This document shows, piece after piece, positions 18,125-28,726 of a stretch of 64,000 bases of DNA. Position numbers and translations under genes: made by a program. Source of the DNA: an uncultured Pseudomonadales bacterium (GTDB lineage: Bacteria > Pseudomonadota > Gammaproteobacteria > Pseudomonadales > Azotimanducaceae). The notes under the pieces were generated by a model. It worked only from the letters and a program-made list of their open reading frames with translations, searched no databases and was not told the DNA's origin. Within the stretch, counting starts at the first letter, position 1, and the number at the start of each line of letters is the position of its first letter. The DNA is taken from assembly GCA_938036875.1 (NCBI GenBank), contig CALHVX010000068.1, forward strand, positions 17,952 to 81,951. The letters are read 5' to 3'.

Positions 18125-18667
18125 ATGGATAAATCTGAATTACTCGCCTTGCTGCAACCTACCTTTGCCACCTATGGGTTCAATGGAGCCAGCGTCGCAC
18201 GACTCGCTGCGGCGACCGGTCTTGGCAAAGCGAGCCTCTACCACCACTTTCCCGGCGGTAAAAATGAGATCGCCGGGGTGCTGCTACGCCAGGCGGTTGA
18301 GCAGTTGCAGTCCAAAGTGTTTGTTGCCAGCGGCAAACGTAACTCACCGAACGAACGATTGGCCGGCATGATTGATCGGTTTTCTGAGTACTGCAACGAC
18401 GGCCAAAGCTATTGCCTGGTTGCCTTGTTTGCTCAGGAACAAGCACCCGTGATAGACCAGCCAGCCATTGCTGAGCAGTTTGCAGCTTGGCGCACCGTGC
18501 TGGCGCAGTGCTACGAAGCAGATGGTCACAAGCCCAAAGCGGCCAACCGTGCTGCCGCCAGCTTGGTCAACACGCTTTACGGGGCACTATTGATGGCCCG
18601 TATGACAGATGAGCCCAAGCTGTTCCTGCAAGCCGCCAAACGCTGCAAGAACCAGCTACTCAACTAG
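18125..18667 (+). CDS. TetR/AcrR family transcriptional regulator
   Basis: N-terminal HTH FNGASVARLAAATGLGKASLYHHF. ATG 18125 is preferred over TTG 18074. Confidence 0.8.
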   Translation: MDKSELLALLQPTFATYGFNGASVARLAAATGLGKASLYHHFPGGKNEIAGVLLRQAVEQLQSKVFVASGKRNSPNERLAGMIDRFSEYCNDGQSYCLVALFAQEQAPVIDQPAIAEQFAAWRTVLAQCYEADGHKPKAANRAAASLVNTLYGALLMARMTDEPKLFLQAAKRCKNQLLN

Positions 18668-18678
18668 GTCTGCCGACG

Positions 18679-20109
18679 CTAGCGTAGCCACTGATGGAGC
18701 TTGCCCACCATATCCAGCAGTTTGTCTGGCGCGCGCTCTTTACGCCACGCACTGGCGGCAAACTTATTCGCCTCGAAGTAGGTGGGGTAGATGTGGACCG
18801 TGCCCATGATCTTCTTCAGGCCTAACCCATGAGTCATAGCGCTAACCATCTCACCGATCAGCTCGCCAGCTGAGGGTCCCACAATACAGGCGCCAAGAAT
18901 CTTGTCTGACCCTGGCTTGGTTAACACCTTCACCCAGCCAGAAGCCGTACCGTCCACAATGGCGCGGTCTAAGTCATCCAATCCATACCGAGTCACATCC
19001 ACCGGGATCCCTTGCTCAGCGGCATCCTGCTCAGACAACCCAACACGTGCAACCTCTGGATCAATATAGGTTGTCCAAGGCACAACCGAGTAATTCACCT
19101 TAAATTTCCAAAACTGGCCGAACAAAGCGTTCACCGACGCAAACCAAGCTTGGTGAGCCGCCATATGGGTGAATTGGTAAGGTCCGACCACATCTCCGCA
19201 ACCGTAGATGTTGCCTACCGAGGTACGTAAATAGTCATCCACCACCAAGGTGCCATTGGGGTTGCAGTCCACGCCTAGACTCTCCAAACCCATACCCTTG
19301 CTGTGCGCGCTGCGCCCTACCGCCACCAACACCTGGTCAAACGGAAGGTCTTGGGCACCAGCAATATCCGGCAGCTCAACCTTGGCCAAACCCGCCTCAA
19401 ACCCCACCGCTTTGCATTCCAGCCGCACGTCCATACCTTCTGCTCTAAAGCGTTCCAGCACATAGTCAGAAACATCCGTATCTTCTCGGGGTAGTAAGCG
19501 CGGGGCCATGTCGATGAGAGTGACTTGAGATCCCAAGCGTTGAAAGGCTTGAGCCAACTCACAGCCGATCGGACCACCCCCCATTACCAGCAAGCGTTTG
19601 GGCAGCTCGGTTAGCGACCAAAGGTTATCGCTGGTTAGATGCGGTATCTCTCGCAGACCAGGGATAGGCGGAACAAAAGGGCTGGCACCGGTGGCCAACA
19701 CAATGGATTTGGTCGACAGCAGGGTGTCGTTCACCCGAACGTTGTGGGCATCTTCAAGCGTTGCCTCACCCATGATGCAATTGACGCCAAGCTCGGTGTA
19801 ACGCTCTACCGAATCTTTGGGTGCAATGGTGTCGATGGCCCCCTGCACGCGCTGCATGACCTTGGCGAAATCCACATCAGGCTCTACGTTGCTCATACCG
19901 AACTTGTGCGCAGTGCGCAGGGTGTGCGCTACCTTCGCGGATTTGATCAGGGCCTTGCTGGGCACACAGCCGGTGTTCAAGCAGTCGCCCCCCATCTTGT
20001 TACGTTCGATCAGAGTGACTTCGGCACGCACGGTGGCCGCAATTAGCGCCGATATAAGGCCACCGGAACCGGCTCCAAGAACCACGAGGTTGTTATCAAA
20101 GCGGCTCAT
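18679..20109 (-). CDS. class I pyridine nucleotide-disulfide oxidoreductase (dihydrolipoamide dehydrogenase / mercuric reductase-like)
   Basis: GAGSGG FAD motif, redox-active GGDCLNTGCVPSK, second Rossmann VMGGGPIGCELAQ, and a C-terminal dimerisation domain. Confidence 0.85.
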   Translation of the reverse strand: MSRFDNNLVVLGAGSGGLISALIAATVRAEVTLIERNKMGGDCLNTGCVPSKALIKSAKVAHTLRTAHKFGMSNVEPDVDFAKVMQRVQGAIDTIAPKDSVERYTELGVNCIMGEATLEDAHNVRVNDTLLSTKSIVLATGASPFVPPIPGLREIPHLTSDNLWSLTELPKRLLVMGGGPIGCELAQAFQRLGSQVTLIDMAPRLLPREDTDVSDYVLERFRAEGMDVRLECKAVGFEAGLAKVELPDIAGAQDLPFDQVLVAVGRSAHSKGMGLESLGVDCNPNGTLVVDDYLRTSVGNIYGCGDVVGPYQFTHMAAHQAWFASVNALFGQFWKFKVNYSVVPWTTYIDPEVARVGLSEQDAAEQGIPVDVTRYGLDDLDRAIVDGTASGWVKVLTKPGSDKILGACIVGPSAGELIGEMVSAMTHGLGLKKIMGTVHIYPTYFEANKFAASAWRKERAPDKLLDMVGKLHQWLR

Positions 20110-20783
20110 GTGCGCTCCTTATTGATGAGTTGCATGCCCTTGCGAGCAATCAACGGAAACAGGCCCAGCAAGGTGAGTGCAGCAATCAACCCCGGGCTCA
20201 AAACATCACCCGGACTGCTAATGTTGGCCAGCTGCGTGCCAGCAAAGACAAACACCAAGGTGCCAGGAACCATGCCAAGCTGGCTGATCCAGTAAAATTT
20301 AAACGCCGGGATGCGGGTGAGCCCCATCACTAGGTTGATCACAAAAAAGGGAAACAAGGGCACCATGCGCAAGCTAAACAAGTAGAAGCCGCCGTCTTTC
20401 TCCAAACCATCGTTAATGGCTTGCAGCTGGCTGGCATAGCGTTCTTGCACCCACTCACCAGCAACTTTACGCGCGATTAACATGGCCAAAGTGGCACCTA
20501 CCGCGCTGGCAAAAGAGACCAAGGCAAAGCCCCAACCGAGCCCAAACATAGCGCCACCCGCTAAGGTCATGATGGCAGCACCCGGCAACGACAGCGCTGC
20601 CACGGCAACATAGGCAGCAAAAAAGTAGAGGCTGGCCCGCCACGGGTTTTCTGCAACCCACTGCTGCAGCGCATCACGCCCAGACTGCAGCGCCGAGAAC
20701 GAGACATGTTGACCTAGGTCAAAGTAAAAAAAGCTGGCGATTGCCGCGGCAACCAAGGCCAACAATGTAATTCGAATGCCCAT
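20106..20783 (-). CDS. TVP38/TMEM64 (DedA-related) membrane protein
   Basis: Multi-TM protein with the LPGAAIMTLAGGAMFG...ARKV family pattern. ATGA overlap with the downstream oxidoreductase. Confidence 0.75.
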   Translation of the reverse strand: MGIRITLLALVAAAIASFFYFDLGQHVSFSALQSGRDALQQWVAENPWRASLYFFAAYVAVAALSLPGAAIMTLAGGAMFGLGWGFALVSFASAVGATLAMLIARKVAGEWVQERYASQLQAINDGLEKDGGFYLFSLRMVPLFPFFVINLVMGLTRIPAFKFYWISQLGMVPGTLVFVFAGTQLANISSPGDVLSPGLIAALTLLGLFPLIARKGMQLINKERT

Positions 20784-20827
20784 CTAATCTTAGCCCTTTA
20801 ATTTCTTGTTATTATCGTTCTTGTTAA

Positions 20828-21898
<1,071 letters not shown>

Positions 21899-22013
21899 CT
21901 CCAACCCTGGTGCTGGCTGAACGGGTATATGAACGGAACTTATGGGCCTTAAAACTGCCTGAAAAGGCATGCTAGACTTAGCTCATATACCACCTAATAC
22001 CCAGGAAACGCCC

Positions 22014-22343
22014 ATGAACGAGAATATTGTGTACACCAGCGATGACCAATTCGCCGACGACGTACTAGCCGCTGACAAGCCAGTTTTGGTTGATTACTGG
22101 GCCGAATGGTGTGGTCCTTGCAAGATGATTGCCCCCATTTTGGACGAAATTGCCGAAGAGTACGGCGACCGTCTTAAGATTTGTAAGCTCGACATCGATG
22201 CCAACCAGAATACTCCGCCCAAGTACGGCATTCGCGGCATTCCAACGCTTATGCTGTTTAAAAACGGCGAAGTTGAAGCAACCAAAGTTGGCGCCTTATC
22301 TAAGAACCAACTGGCTGCCTTTTTAGACAGCAACCTAGCATAG
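22014..22343 (+). CDS. trxA: thioredoxin
   Basis: WAEWCGPCK active site. AGGAAA RBS before ATG 22014. About 109 aa. Confidence 0.93.
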   Translation: MNENIVYTSDDQFADDVLAADKPVLVDYWAEWCGPCKMIAPILDEIAEEYGDRLKICKLDIDANQNTPPKYGIRGIPTLMLFKNGEVEATKVGALSKNQLAAFLDSNLA

Positions 22344-22504
22344 TAAAGAGGCTAACAAAGGGGCCAACAACCGGCTCAGGACAAGTTCAGCCCATACCCA
22401 AGGCTGCCAGCTACCACTGGCAGCTGGCTTAAAAGCCAAGCTGGCATGGTGGTTGAGGGGCAAAAAACGAGCAGCAGCTCACAAATATTGCCCATTTACC
22501 CCGC

Positions 22505-22532
22505 TTGACGCAGCCGCTTAAATCAATACACT
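22505..22532 (+). promoter_or_regulatory. candidate sigma-70 promoter for rho
   Basis: TTGACG, 16-nt spacer, TACACT. Confidence 0.3.
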
Positions 22533-22730
22533 TAGGCCCAGCAAAGAAACATGTGGCCGCAATCTAGGCCTGTAGGGCAACCCTCTCGGAATATCTTTTG
22601 ACTAACCTCTCTCGGTAGACCGTCAACGAGCTCCTAAACCTAACTGCAGCCACCCCACCGTCAGCACCAAGCTAAACACCTCATTTTTTTTGCAAAAACA
22701 TGCTGTAAAAAGTGTTTTCAACTTTTCTTG

Positions 22731-22781
22731 TTTTTCTGGGGCGTTTTTCTGGGGCGTTTTTTGAGGCGATTTTTTTGCGCC
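22731..22781. repeat. degenerate 12-13-bp tandem repeat, 4 copies
   Basis: TTTTTCTGGGGCG appears twice exactly, then TTTTTTGAGGCG and ATTTTTTTGCGCC. Confidence 0.8.
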
Positions 22782-23107
22782 CTACTGTTTCGATAGAAAC
22801 TGTTTAGTGGGGTTCGTTTGTAGCCTTTGCTGCTAGAGCTTGTTTAGAAAATGGCAGCTTAGTCAGCAACGCTTTGGCGGTGTGCTTAACTTTATTGCGA
22901 CAACGATTGCAGCAACACTAGTACCAATAAAAATAGCAAACAAAGAAAACAAACCTAAGAAAGGTTTAACACAATAACTAACAATTCAATCCACGCATCA
23001 CAGAACCTCATAACCATGTCTTGGTGCGCATGCAAATCAACAAACCAATCTGGCTCGATCAAACGAATTAGATCTACAGCTCAGACAAACAAAGAAGACC
23101 TTAAACT

Positions 23108-24409
23108 ATGTCGATGAACCTCAATGACCTAAAACGCAAGCCTGTAACCGAACTGGTCGATATGGCCCGAGAGATGGGACTTGAAAATGTTGGCCGCTCG
23201 CGTAAACAAGAAGTCATTGCCGCCATTGTGCGCAAACAGGCAAAAAATGGGGAAGACATTTACGGCGAAGGAACGCTCGAAATTTTGCAAGACGGCTTTG
23301 GCTTCTTACGCTCCGCCGACAGCTCTTACTTAGCAGGCCCAGACGACATCTACGTCTCGCCTAGCCAAATTCGCCGATTCAACCTGCGTACCGGCGACAG
23401 CATTGCGGGCAAGATTCGCCCACCTAAAGATGGCGAACGCTACTTTGCGTTGCTCAAAGTTGATGAGATCAACTTCAGCGAGCCCAACAGCAAAAAGCAC
23501 AAGATCCTATTCGAAAACTTAACCCCACTATTTCCTGATGAGCGCATGGTCCTCGAGCGAGGTAATGGCAGCACCGAAGACCTCTCTGCTCGTATCGTCG
23601 ATCTGGTTGCCCCCATCGGTAAAGGTCAACGCGCACTGGTGGTGTCACCGCCTAAAGCCGGTAAAACGTTGATGTTGCAGACCATCGCCCAGTCCATCGT
23701 TTCTAACTACCCAGATTGTGTGGTTATTGTTCTGTTGATTGATGAACGCCCAGAGGAGGTTACCGAGATGCAACGCTCGGTTCGCGGCGAAGTCGTAGCC
23801 AGCACCTTTGATGAGCCACCCAGCCGCCACGTTCAAGTCGCCGAGATGGTGATCGAAAAGGCAAAGCGTTTGGTTGAGCATCAAAAAGATGTTGTCATCT
23901 TGCTCGACTCCATCACTCGCCTAGCACGCGCTTACAACACCATTGTGCCCTCTTCAGGCAAGGTCCTCACGGGTGGTGTTGATGCCCATGCACTAGAGCG
24001 TCCAAAACGTTTCTTTGGCGCCGCACGTAACATCGAAGAGGGTGGTAGCTTAAGCATTATTGCTACCGCACTGGTTGATACCGGCTCGAAGATGGACGAA
24101 GTCATCTACGAAGAATTCAAAGGTACCGGTAACCAAGAGCTACACCTAGAGCGCAAGATTGCTGAAAAGCGCGTTTACCCTGCAATCAACATCCGCCGCT
24201 CAGCGACTCGTCGTGAAGAGCTGCTGATGGGCGAAGAAGAGCTGCAGCGCGTTTGGATACTACGTAAGTTGCTGCATGACATGGATGACATTGCCGCTAT
24301 CGAGTTCATGATCGACAAGCTCAAAGAAACCAAAACCAACGCAGAGTTCTTTGGCTCGATGCGGACGGTGAGCCCGGCCCGCACCAGCAAAAAATCATCC
24401 ACCAGCTAG
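23108..24409 (+). CDS. rho: transcription termination factor Rho
   Basis: N-terminal [16 protein letters not shown]-binding GFGFLR, Walker A PPKAGKT, and [16 protein letters not shown]. Short extra Ser/Lys-rich C-terminal tail. Confidence 0.95.
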   Translation: MSMNLNDLKRKPVTELVDMAREMGLENVGRSRKQEVIAAIVRKQAKNGEDIYGEGTLEILQDGFGFLRSADSSYLAGPDDIYVSPSQIRRFNLRTGDSIAGKIRPPKDGERYFALLKVDEINFSEPNSKKHKILFENLTPLFPDERMVLERGNGSTEDLSARIVDLVAPIGKGQRALVVSPPKAGKTLMLQTIAQSIVSNYPDCVVIVLLIDERPEEVTEMQRSVRGEVVASTFDEPPSRHVQVAEMVIEKAKRLVEHQKDVVILLDSITRLARAYNTIVPSSGKVLTGGVDAHALERPKRFFGAARNIEEGGSLSIIATALVDTGSKMDEVIYEEFKGTGNQELHLERKIAEKRVYPAINIRRSATRREELLMGEEELQRVWILRKLLHDMDDIAAIEFMIDKLKETKTNAEFFGSMRTVSPARTSKKSSTS

Positions 24410-24441
24410 CGATACAACAGATTGCGCTGCACCCTGGTGGG

Positions 24442-25086
24442 TTGCGCACAATCACCCTAGCGGTTGGCGCACACAACCCGACTAGCTTTCAGTTTGAAGC
24501 GGGGCAATACCTGGGTGTAATGCACCCAAACGGGACTTTGGTTCCGCTATCTATTGCGTCCGCGCCAGCTAGGCTGCCTTTAGTTGAGCTGATGTATCGC
24601 TCAGACCTAACTAGCAACAACGCGCTAGCCTTCGATGACCTGCTGCATAGCAGCACAAGCATGCAGATTGACGGCCCTTTTGGTGACGTCACCCTAGCGA
24701 AGGTTCACCCAACCCATGAGCTACGCATCGTGGCTAGTGGAACCGGCGTTGCACAAGCGCTCAGCTTGGTTGAAGCACTAGGCCAGGCTTCAACCAACCT
24801 GCCAACCCAAGTCTTGTGGGCCACACAAATTGAAACACCCAGCAGCCACCGCCTACTCAAGGATCAACCCTGGTTAACTACCACGCGTTGCCGTAGCGGT
24901 GAGTTACCCGCAAAGTTGCTAGCAAGTGTTGAGCAGGGTCAGAGCGCAGTTGGGGGCAAAGGTGAGGTCAAAACAATTATTGCCGGGCCACCAGACTTTG
25001 TTTATCAAGTGACCGACATCTTGCTAGCCGCCGGCATCAGCCTGGATAGCCTAGCCGCGGATGCTTTTGCCTACGCGCCCAGGTAG
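24442..25086 (+). CDS. Fre-like ferredoxin-NADP reductase-fold oxidoreductase (divergent)
   Basis: FQFEAGQYL..PLSIASAP, IVASGTGV and a DAFAY C-terminus are collinear with NAD(P)H-flavin reductase. Cofactor motifs are degenerate, and the start is uncertain (see findings). Confidence 0.5.
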   Translation: MRTITLAVGAHNPTSFQFEAGQYLGVMHPNGTLVPLSIASAPARLPLVELMYRSDLTSNNALAFDDLLHSSTSMQIDGPFGDVTLAKVHPTHELRIVASGTGVAQALSLVEALGQASTNLPTQVLWATQIETPSSHRLLKDQPWLTTTRCRSGELPAKLLASVEQGQSAVGGKGEVKTIIAGPPDFVYQVTDILLAAGISLDSLAADAFAYAPR

Positions 25087-25103
25087 GGCGCAGTTGATCG
25101 CGG

Positions 25104-26471
25104 CTATGCAGCGCTTGCGTCTTCTGTCGGTGTTTCACCTTCAGCACTAGGTTGTGCTGCGGGTTCCACCTTGTCTTTACTGCGCAATGCCAACAAACCT
25201 GGCTCACCTTCAACCAAAGCCACTTGCGCCATCTGGGCCAAAGCGCCGTCTGCATCACCCTGTGCACAGCATAGTTGCGCCATCTGCAGATGACCGCTAG
25301 CACCCAAACCGGAAGCATCTTGTGGCAACGCCAACGCCTGCTCCAAGTGTTCACGCGCACCCACTAAATCTTCTTGTTGTACCGCTACTTGCGCAGCAGC
25401 CAACAGCACGGCCGCATGTTGCGGCATCTTCTTGTGCCAACGTTGCAAGGCTTGCTGGCGCTCACGACCTTCACCTTGCAGCTGGCCATAAAGGGTTAAC
25501 AAGCGTTCAGAGCCGGCACCTACACCCACTTTGTCGATGGCGGAACGTAACGACGGCTCCGCCAACTCGGCCAGCTCTTTCAGTTGCGTATCGGCATCAG
25601 CGCTTGACCCTGCGAGCTGGATCGCACTTTGCTGCAGAGCAACCGCGCGTTGGCCAAGACTTGTCGCAACCGTTGGTGTCACGCGAACCCCTTTGGGCAC
25701 CGCCTGCAGAGCCTCACGGAAGCTAGCCAAATCGGCGCTTGCCGCAATTTGGCCAGCATAGGCTCCCGCTTCTAGTTCAGCTAGATCTGCTTTGCTAACC
25801 GCCTTGCTCTTCTTAGCACCCGCAAGTGCGCCCAACATATCTTGGTGTCTGCCTAGGTGTTGCAAGGTTTTGAGATACAAACGTTGCACCCCGGGATGGC
25901 GTGGCGAGGCTTCACGCATCTCGTTGAGCAAGGTTAACGAGGCTGGCCATTCACCCGCCTGCTGTTGCAACTCCGCCTGCACTAGACCCACAGCAAGCGC
26001 AGATCCCGGCGTGCTTTCACGTGCTTGAACCAACAACGCATCGCGCGCATCACCCAAATCTTGTGCCGCCGCCGCTCGCGCAGCGGTTAGATAGTTCACC
26101 ATAGGAGCTTGAGAGTTGGGTGCCGCAGCAACTAAAGCTCGCTGGGCCTGGGCCCATTGGCCTTCTGCCATAAGCAGCAGCCCTTGGGTCGTACGGCCGG
26201 CCGCTGCTTCTTGTCGACGACGACTAGTCCAACGCCCGAACATGCCCCAACTACGCAGCAAGCGTGTCAACAAAAATGCAATCAACCACAGGGTAAACAG
26301 ACCAACCAAAACACCAACGACCGCAATCCACAGGCTGGTTTCTATGGCCATACCATCGTAAGTAATGAGCACATAACCCGGGTCGCGTGCCACTAGGTCA
26401 CCGGCAACACCACCCAGCACCAACACGACAACCAGCGCCAGAACGACAAAGATGATTCCAACAAGGCTCAC
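25104..26471 (-). CDS. hemY: HemY-family TPR membrane protein
   Basis: Two N-terminal TM segments followed by Ala/Leu-rich TPR-like repeats. Position is downstream of hemX. Confidence 0.75.
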   Translation of the reverse strand: MSLVGIIFVVLALVVVLVLGGVAGDLVARDPGYVLITYDGMAIETSLWIAVVGVLVGLFTLWLIAFLLTRLLRSWGMFGRWTSRRRQEAAAGRTTQGLLLMAEGQWAQAQRALVAAAPNSQAPMVNYLTAARAAAAQDLGDARDALLVQARESTPGSALAVGLVQAELQQQAGEWPASLTLLNEMREASPRHPGVQRLYLKTLQHLGRHQDMLGALAGAKKSKAVSKADLAELEAGAYAGQIAASADLASFREALQAVPKGVRVTPTVATSLGQRAVALQQSAIQLAGSSADADTQLKELAELAEPSLRSAIDKVGVGAGSERLLTLYGQLQGEGRERQQALQRWHKKMPQHAAVLLAAAQVAVQQEDLVGAREHLEQALALPQDASGLGASGHLQMAQLCCAQGDADGALAQMAQVALVEGEPGLLALRSKDKVEPAAQPSAEGETPTEDASAA

Positions 26472-27946
26472 GATGAACCTCGTTCGGTGGCTAGCAAAGT
26501 TCGCAGCGAGCCTGAGATATCTGGTAGCTCACGCACCAGATCCACTTCAAGCAAACCATCAATCTCACCCACTAGCGCGTTAACGTCTGCGGACTCCGGA
26601 TCCAAATAGTCCTCTAACCACTCTTGCGCAGAGCTTAAGCTTTGCGAGTAAACCTCTTGCTGTTGGCGTAGCGCCGCCAGCTGAGCACGCTCTAACATCA
26701 TGCGCAGGTTTAACTCTAGGTACATGGTTTCATCTGGACCCAACAAGGGCTTAACCGGCGTTTGCAAACGCCGGATCTGCACATACTCAGAAATTTTTGC
26801 CTGCATTGCGGCCAACACACCAGACAGTGTATCCGCCTCTTCTACCGGCGCAGATGCCCCATCATCCTCTAGGGCTTCCTCTGGGGCTTCGGCGCCGGTT
26901 TGATTCGCAGCTGCGTTGAACTCGGGTGCGCGCAATGGCAACTCGCTAAGCTGACGCTTTAAGGCTTCAAGGCGCAAGAACAACCCTTGGATGTCAGCAC
27001 CACGGACTTGCTTGAGGGCCAAAATCTCATCGGTGATTTGGGCGCGAACCCCATGCAGACCAAAATCATCAAGCTCCTGCAAAATGGCATCCGCGGTGCT
27101 TAACACTTGCAACGCCCCATTAGCATCCGCTTCCATCAGCACTCGGTGATTGGCAATACGTAACAAATATTCCAGCTCAGCCAGCTTCCACTGGGCTTCG
27201 GAAGGCGGCGCGGCGTTAGCCACCTTATTGAGGCTGGTCATCAAACCCGCTTCGGTGCTCGCCAACTGTTCCGCCTGCGCGGACGCTAGATCTTCGATTG
27301 CACTGTTCTGTTGCGCCCGCAATTCGGTTAACGATTTGCGCAGCTCAGCGAACTTATCTTCGCTTGCCGATTCCCCACCACGCACCAAGGCTATGGCTTG
27401 GTCAACCTTGGAGGTCATTTGCTCATTCAGCTGTTCAGTCATTTGCTGCATGGGCTTTTGGTAAATCAGCTCGTAGTACATATAGCCCGCACCACCTAAG
27501 CTTGCCAAAGCAAGCAACAGGCTAAACCAAGCAACACCGCGCCCGGTCTTTACCTTAGCCACCGGAACCGGAGGTACCTCATCGAGTCCGGCTTCAGATG
27601 CATCATCCCCAGAGGAGCTATCTAACGACGCTTCTTCAAGCTCCTGGGCTACCTCTCCAACCTCTCGCTCAACGGCGTCAGCCGCATCCTTGTAAGCATC
27701 GGAACCTGGATCTGCGTCCGCATCTAGATCTGCTCCTGGACCATAGCGTTTAGCCAACTCATCCTGCGCGCCGGAATCCATGTCGGTCCCCTGCACAGCG
27801 TCGAGCCCAGAGTCTAATGAAGACTCTAAAGCCGAGGTATCAGAGGAATCTGCAGAGGTATCCACAGACTCATTGCCGCCACCCGAAGTCTTCGAGTTGC
27901 CGCTGGAATTTTTGCCGGAGTTCGACGAACCGCGTTTTTTTGCCAT
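26468..27946 (-). CDS. hemX: HemX-family membrane protein with long acidic N-terminal extension
   Basis: Position between hemD and hemY. One TM (VAWFSLLLALASLGGAGYMYY) followed by a coiled-coil periplasmic region. About 135 aa of Ser/Asp-rich N-terminus. Confidence 0.7.
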   Translation of the reverse strand: MAKKRGSSNSGKNSSGNSKTSGGGNESVDTSADSSDTSALESSLDSGLDAVQGTDMDSGAQDELAKRYGPGADLDADADPGSDAYKDAADAVEREVGEVAQELEEASLDSSSGDDASEAGLDEVPPVPVAKVKTGRGVAWFSLLLALASLGGAGYMYYELIYQKPMQQMTEQLNEQMTSKVDQAIALVRGGESASEDKFAELRKSLTELRAQQNSAIEDLASAQAEQLASTEAGLMTSLNKVANAAPPSEAQWKLAELEYLLRIANHRVLMEADANGALQVLSTADAILQELDDFGLHGVRAQITDEILALKQVRGADIQGLFLRLEALKRQLSELPLRAPEFNAAANQTGAEAPEEALEDDGASAPVEEADTLSGVLAAMQAKISEYVQIRRLQTPVKPLLGPDETMYLELNLRMMLERAQLAALRQQQEVYSQSLSSAQEWLEDYLDPESADVNALVGEIDGLLEVDLVRELPDISGSLRTLLATERGSS

Positions 27947-27994
27947 GCCTAGCTCTTTACTCTTACTTTCGTGCCATATTCGCAGTAACCGCGG

Positions 27995-28726
27995 TTACTG
28001 CCCTGGAAACCGTGCTTGCAGTGTAGCAATCACCCGATGTGGGCTTGCGCCCTCGCAATTGTACGCGTTGGGCCAACCAAATCCTTTAGCCAATTCTACA
28101 ACTCTGACGGAAGGCACAAAGACTGGCAAGGTTGGTGCCCCACCCGCCGCCCGCCAAAGCTGATCTGCGGCGGCCATGCCATCGCCGCTAGAGGCCACCA
28201 AAGCGCCAATTTTGGCTACTGGAACCTCAAGCTTGGCAACCGGAACCCGCCGATATAGGGGCAGCTCGACCACATCTGCTCCACGCGCGCGCAGCTCGCG
28301 GGCCAAGCTGTCTCGGCCCTGGTGCCCAGCTAGCAGCAACACCCGCCGCTGCTGCACCAACGCCTGAGGCAGCATCTCCTCAAGCAAACCTTCGGAGCTG
28401 CTCAGCCGGGGGGATTGTGCCACCACGCCGCGCTGGGCCAAGGCTACGGCGGTTCTCTCACCCACCGCCATAATATGAGCACCCGCGGCAACCCAGCCTT
28501 GCCAGGGCAATGTTTGCCCGTGTAGCACCGCATGCTCAGATAACACCACCACCAGCTCAGCACTGGCCAAAGGCCAAGCGCTTGCGTCGGTTTTAGGCTC
28601 CGAGCGTTGGATCATCAGAACTGGGCCGGTCCAACTGGCAAAGCCAGCATCCGCCAGCTGCTCAGCCAAGCGTTGGGCTCCAGGCTGGGAACGGGTTAAC
28701 CAAAGGCACCCTTCCAAGCTAGGCAT
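27995..28726 (-). CDS. hemD: uroporphyrinogen-III synthase
   Basis: 243 aa with a 1-nt overlap with hemC, hemC-hemD synteny, and typical HemD length and pattern. Confidence 0.8.
   Translation of the reverse strand: MPSLEGCLWLTRSQPGAQRLAEQLADAGFASWTGPVLMIQRSEPKTDASAWPLASAELVVVLSEHAVLHGQTLPWQGWVAAGAHIMAVGERTAVALAQRGVVAQSPRLSSSEGLLEEMLPQALVQQRRVLLLAGHQGRDSLARELRARGADVVELPLYRRVPVAKLEVPVAKIGALVASSGDGMAAADQLWRAAGGAPTLPVFVPSVRVVELAKGFGWPNAYNCEGASPHRVIATLQARFPGQ

Larger units (their letters stand above)
22344..23107 (+). other. long untranslated region / rho 5' leader
   Basis: 764 bp with no ORF of 60 aa or more on either strand. The 3' third (about 22900-23105) is A/C-rich and visibly G-poor. Confidence 0.5.
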
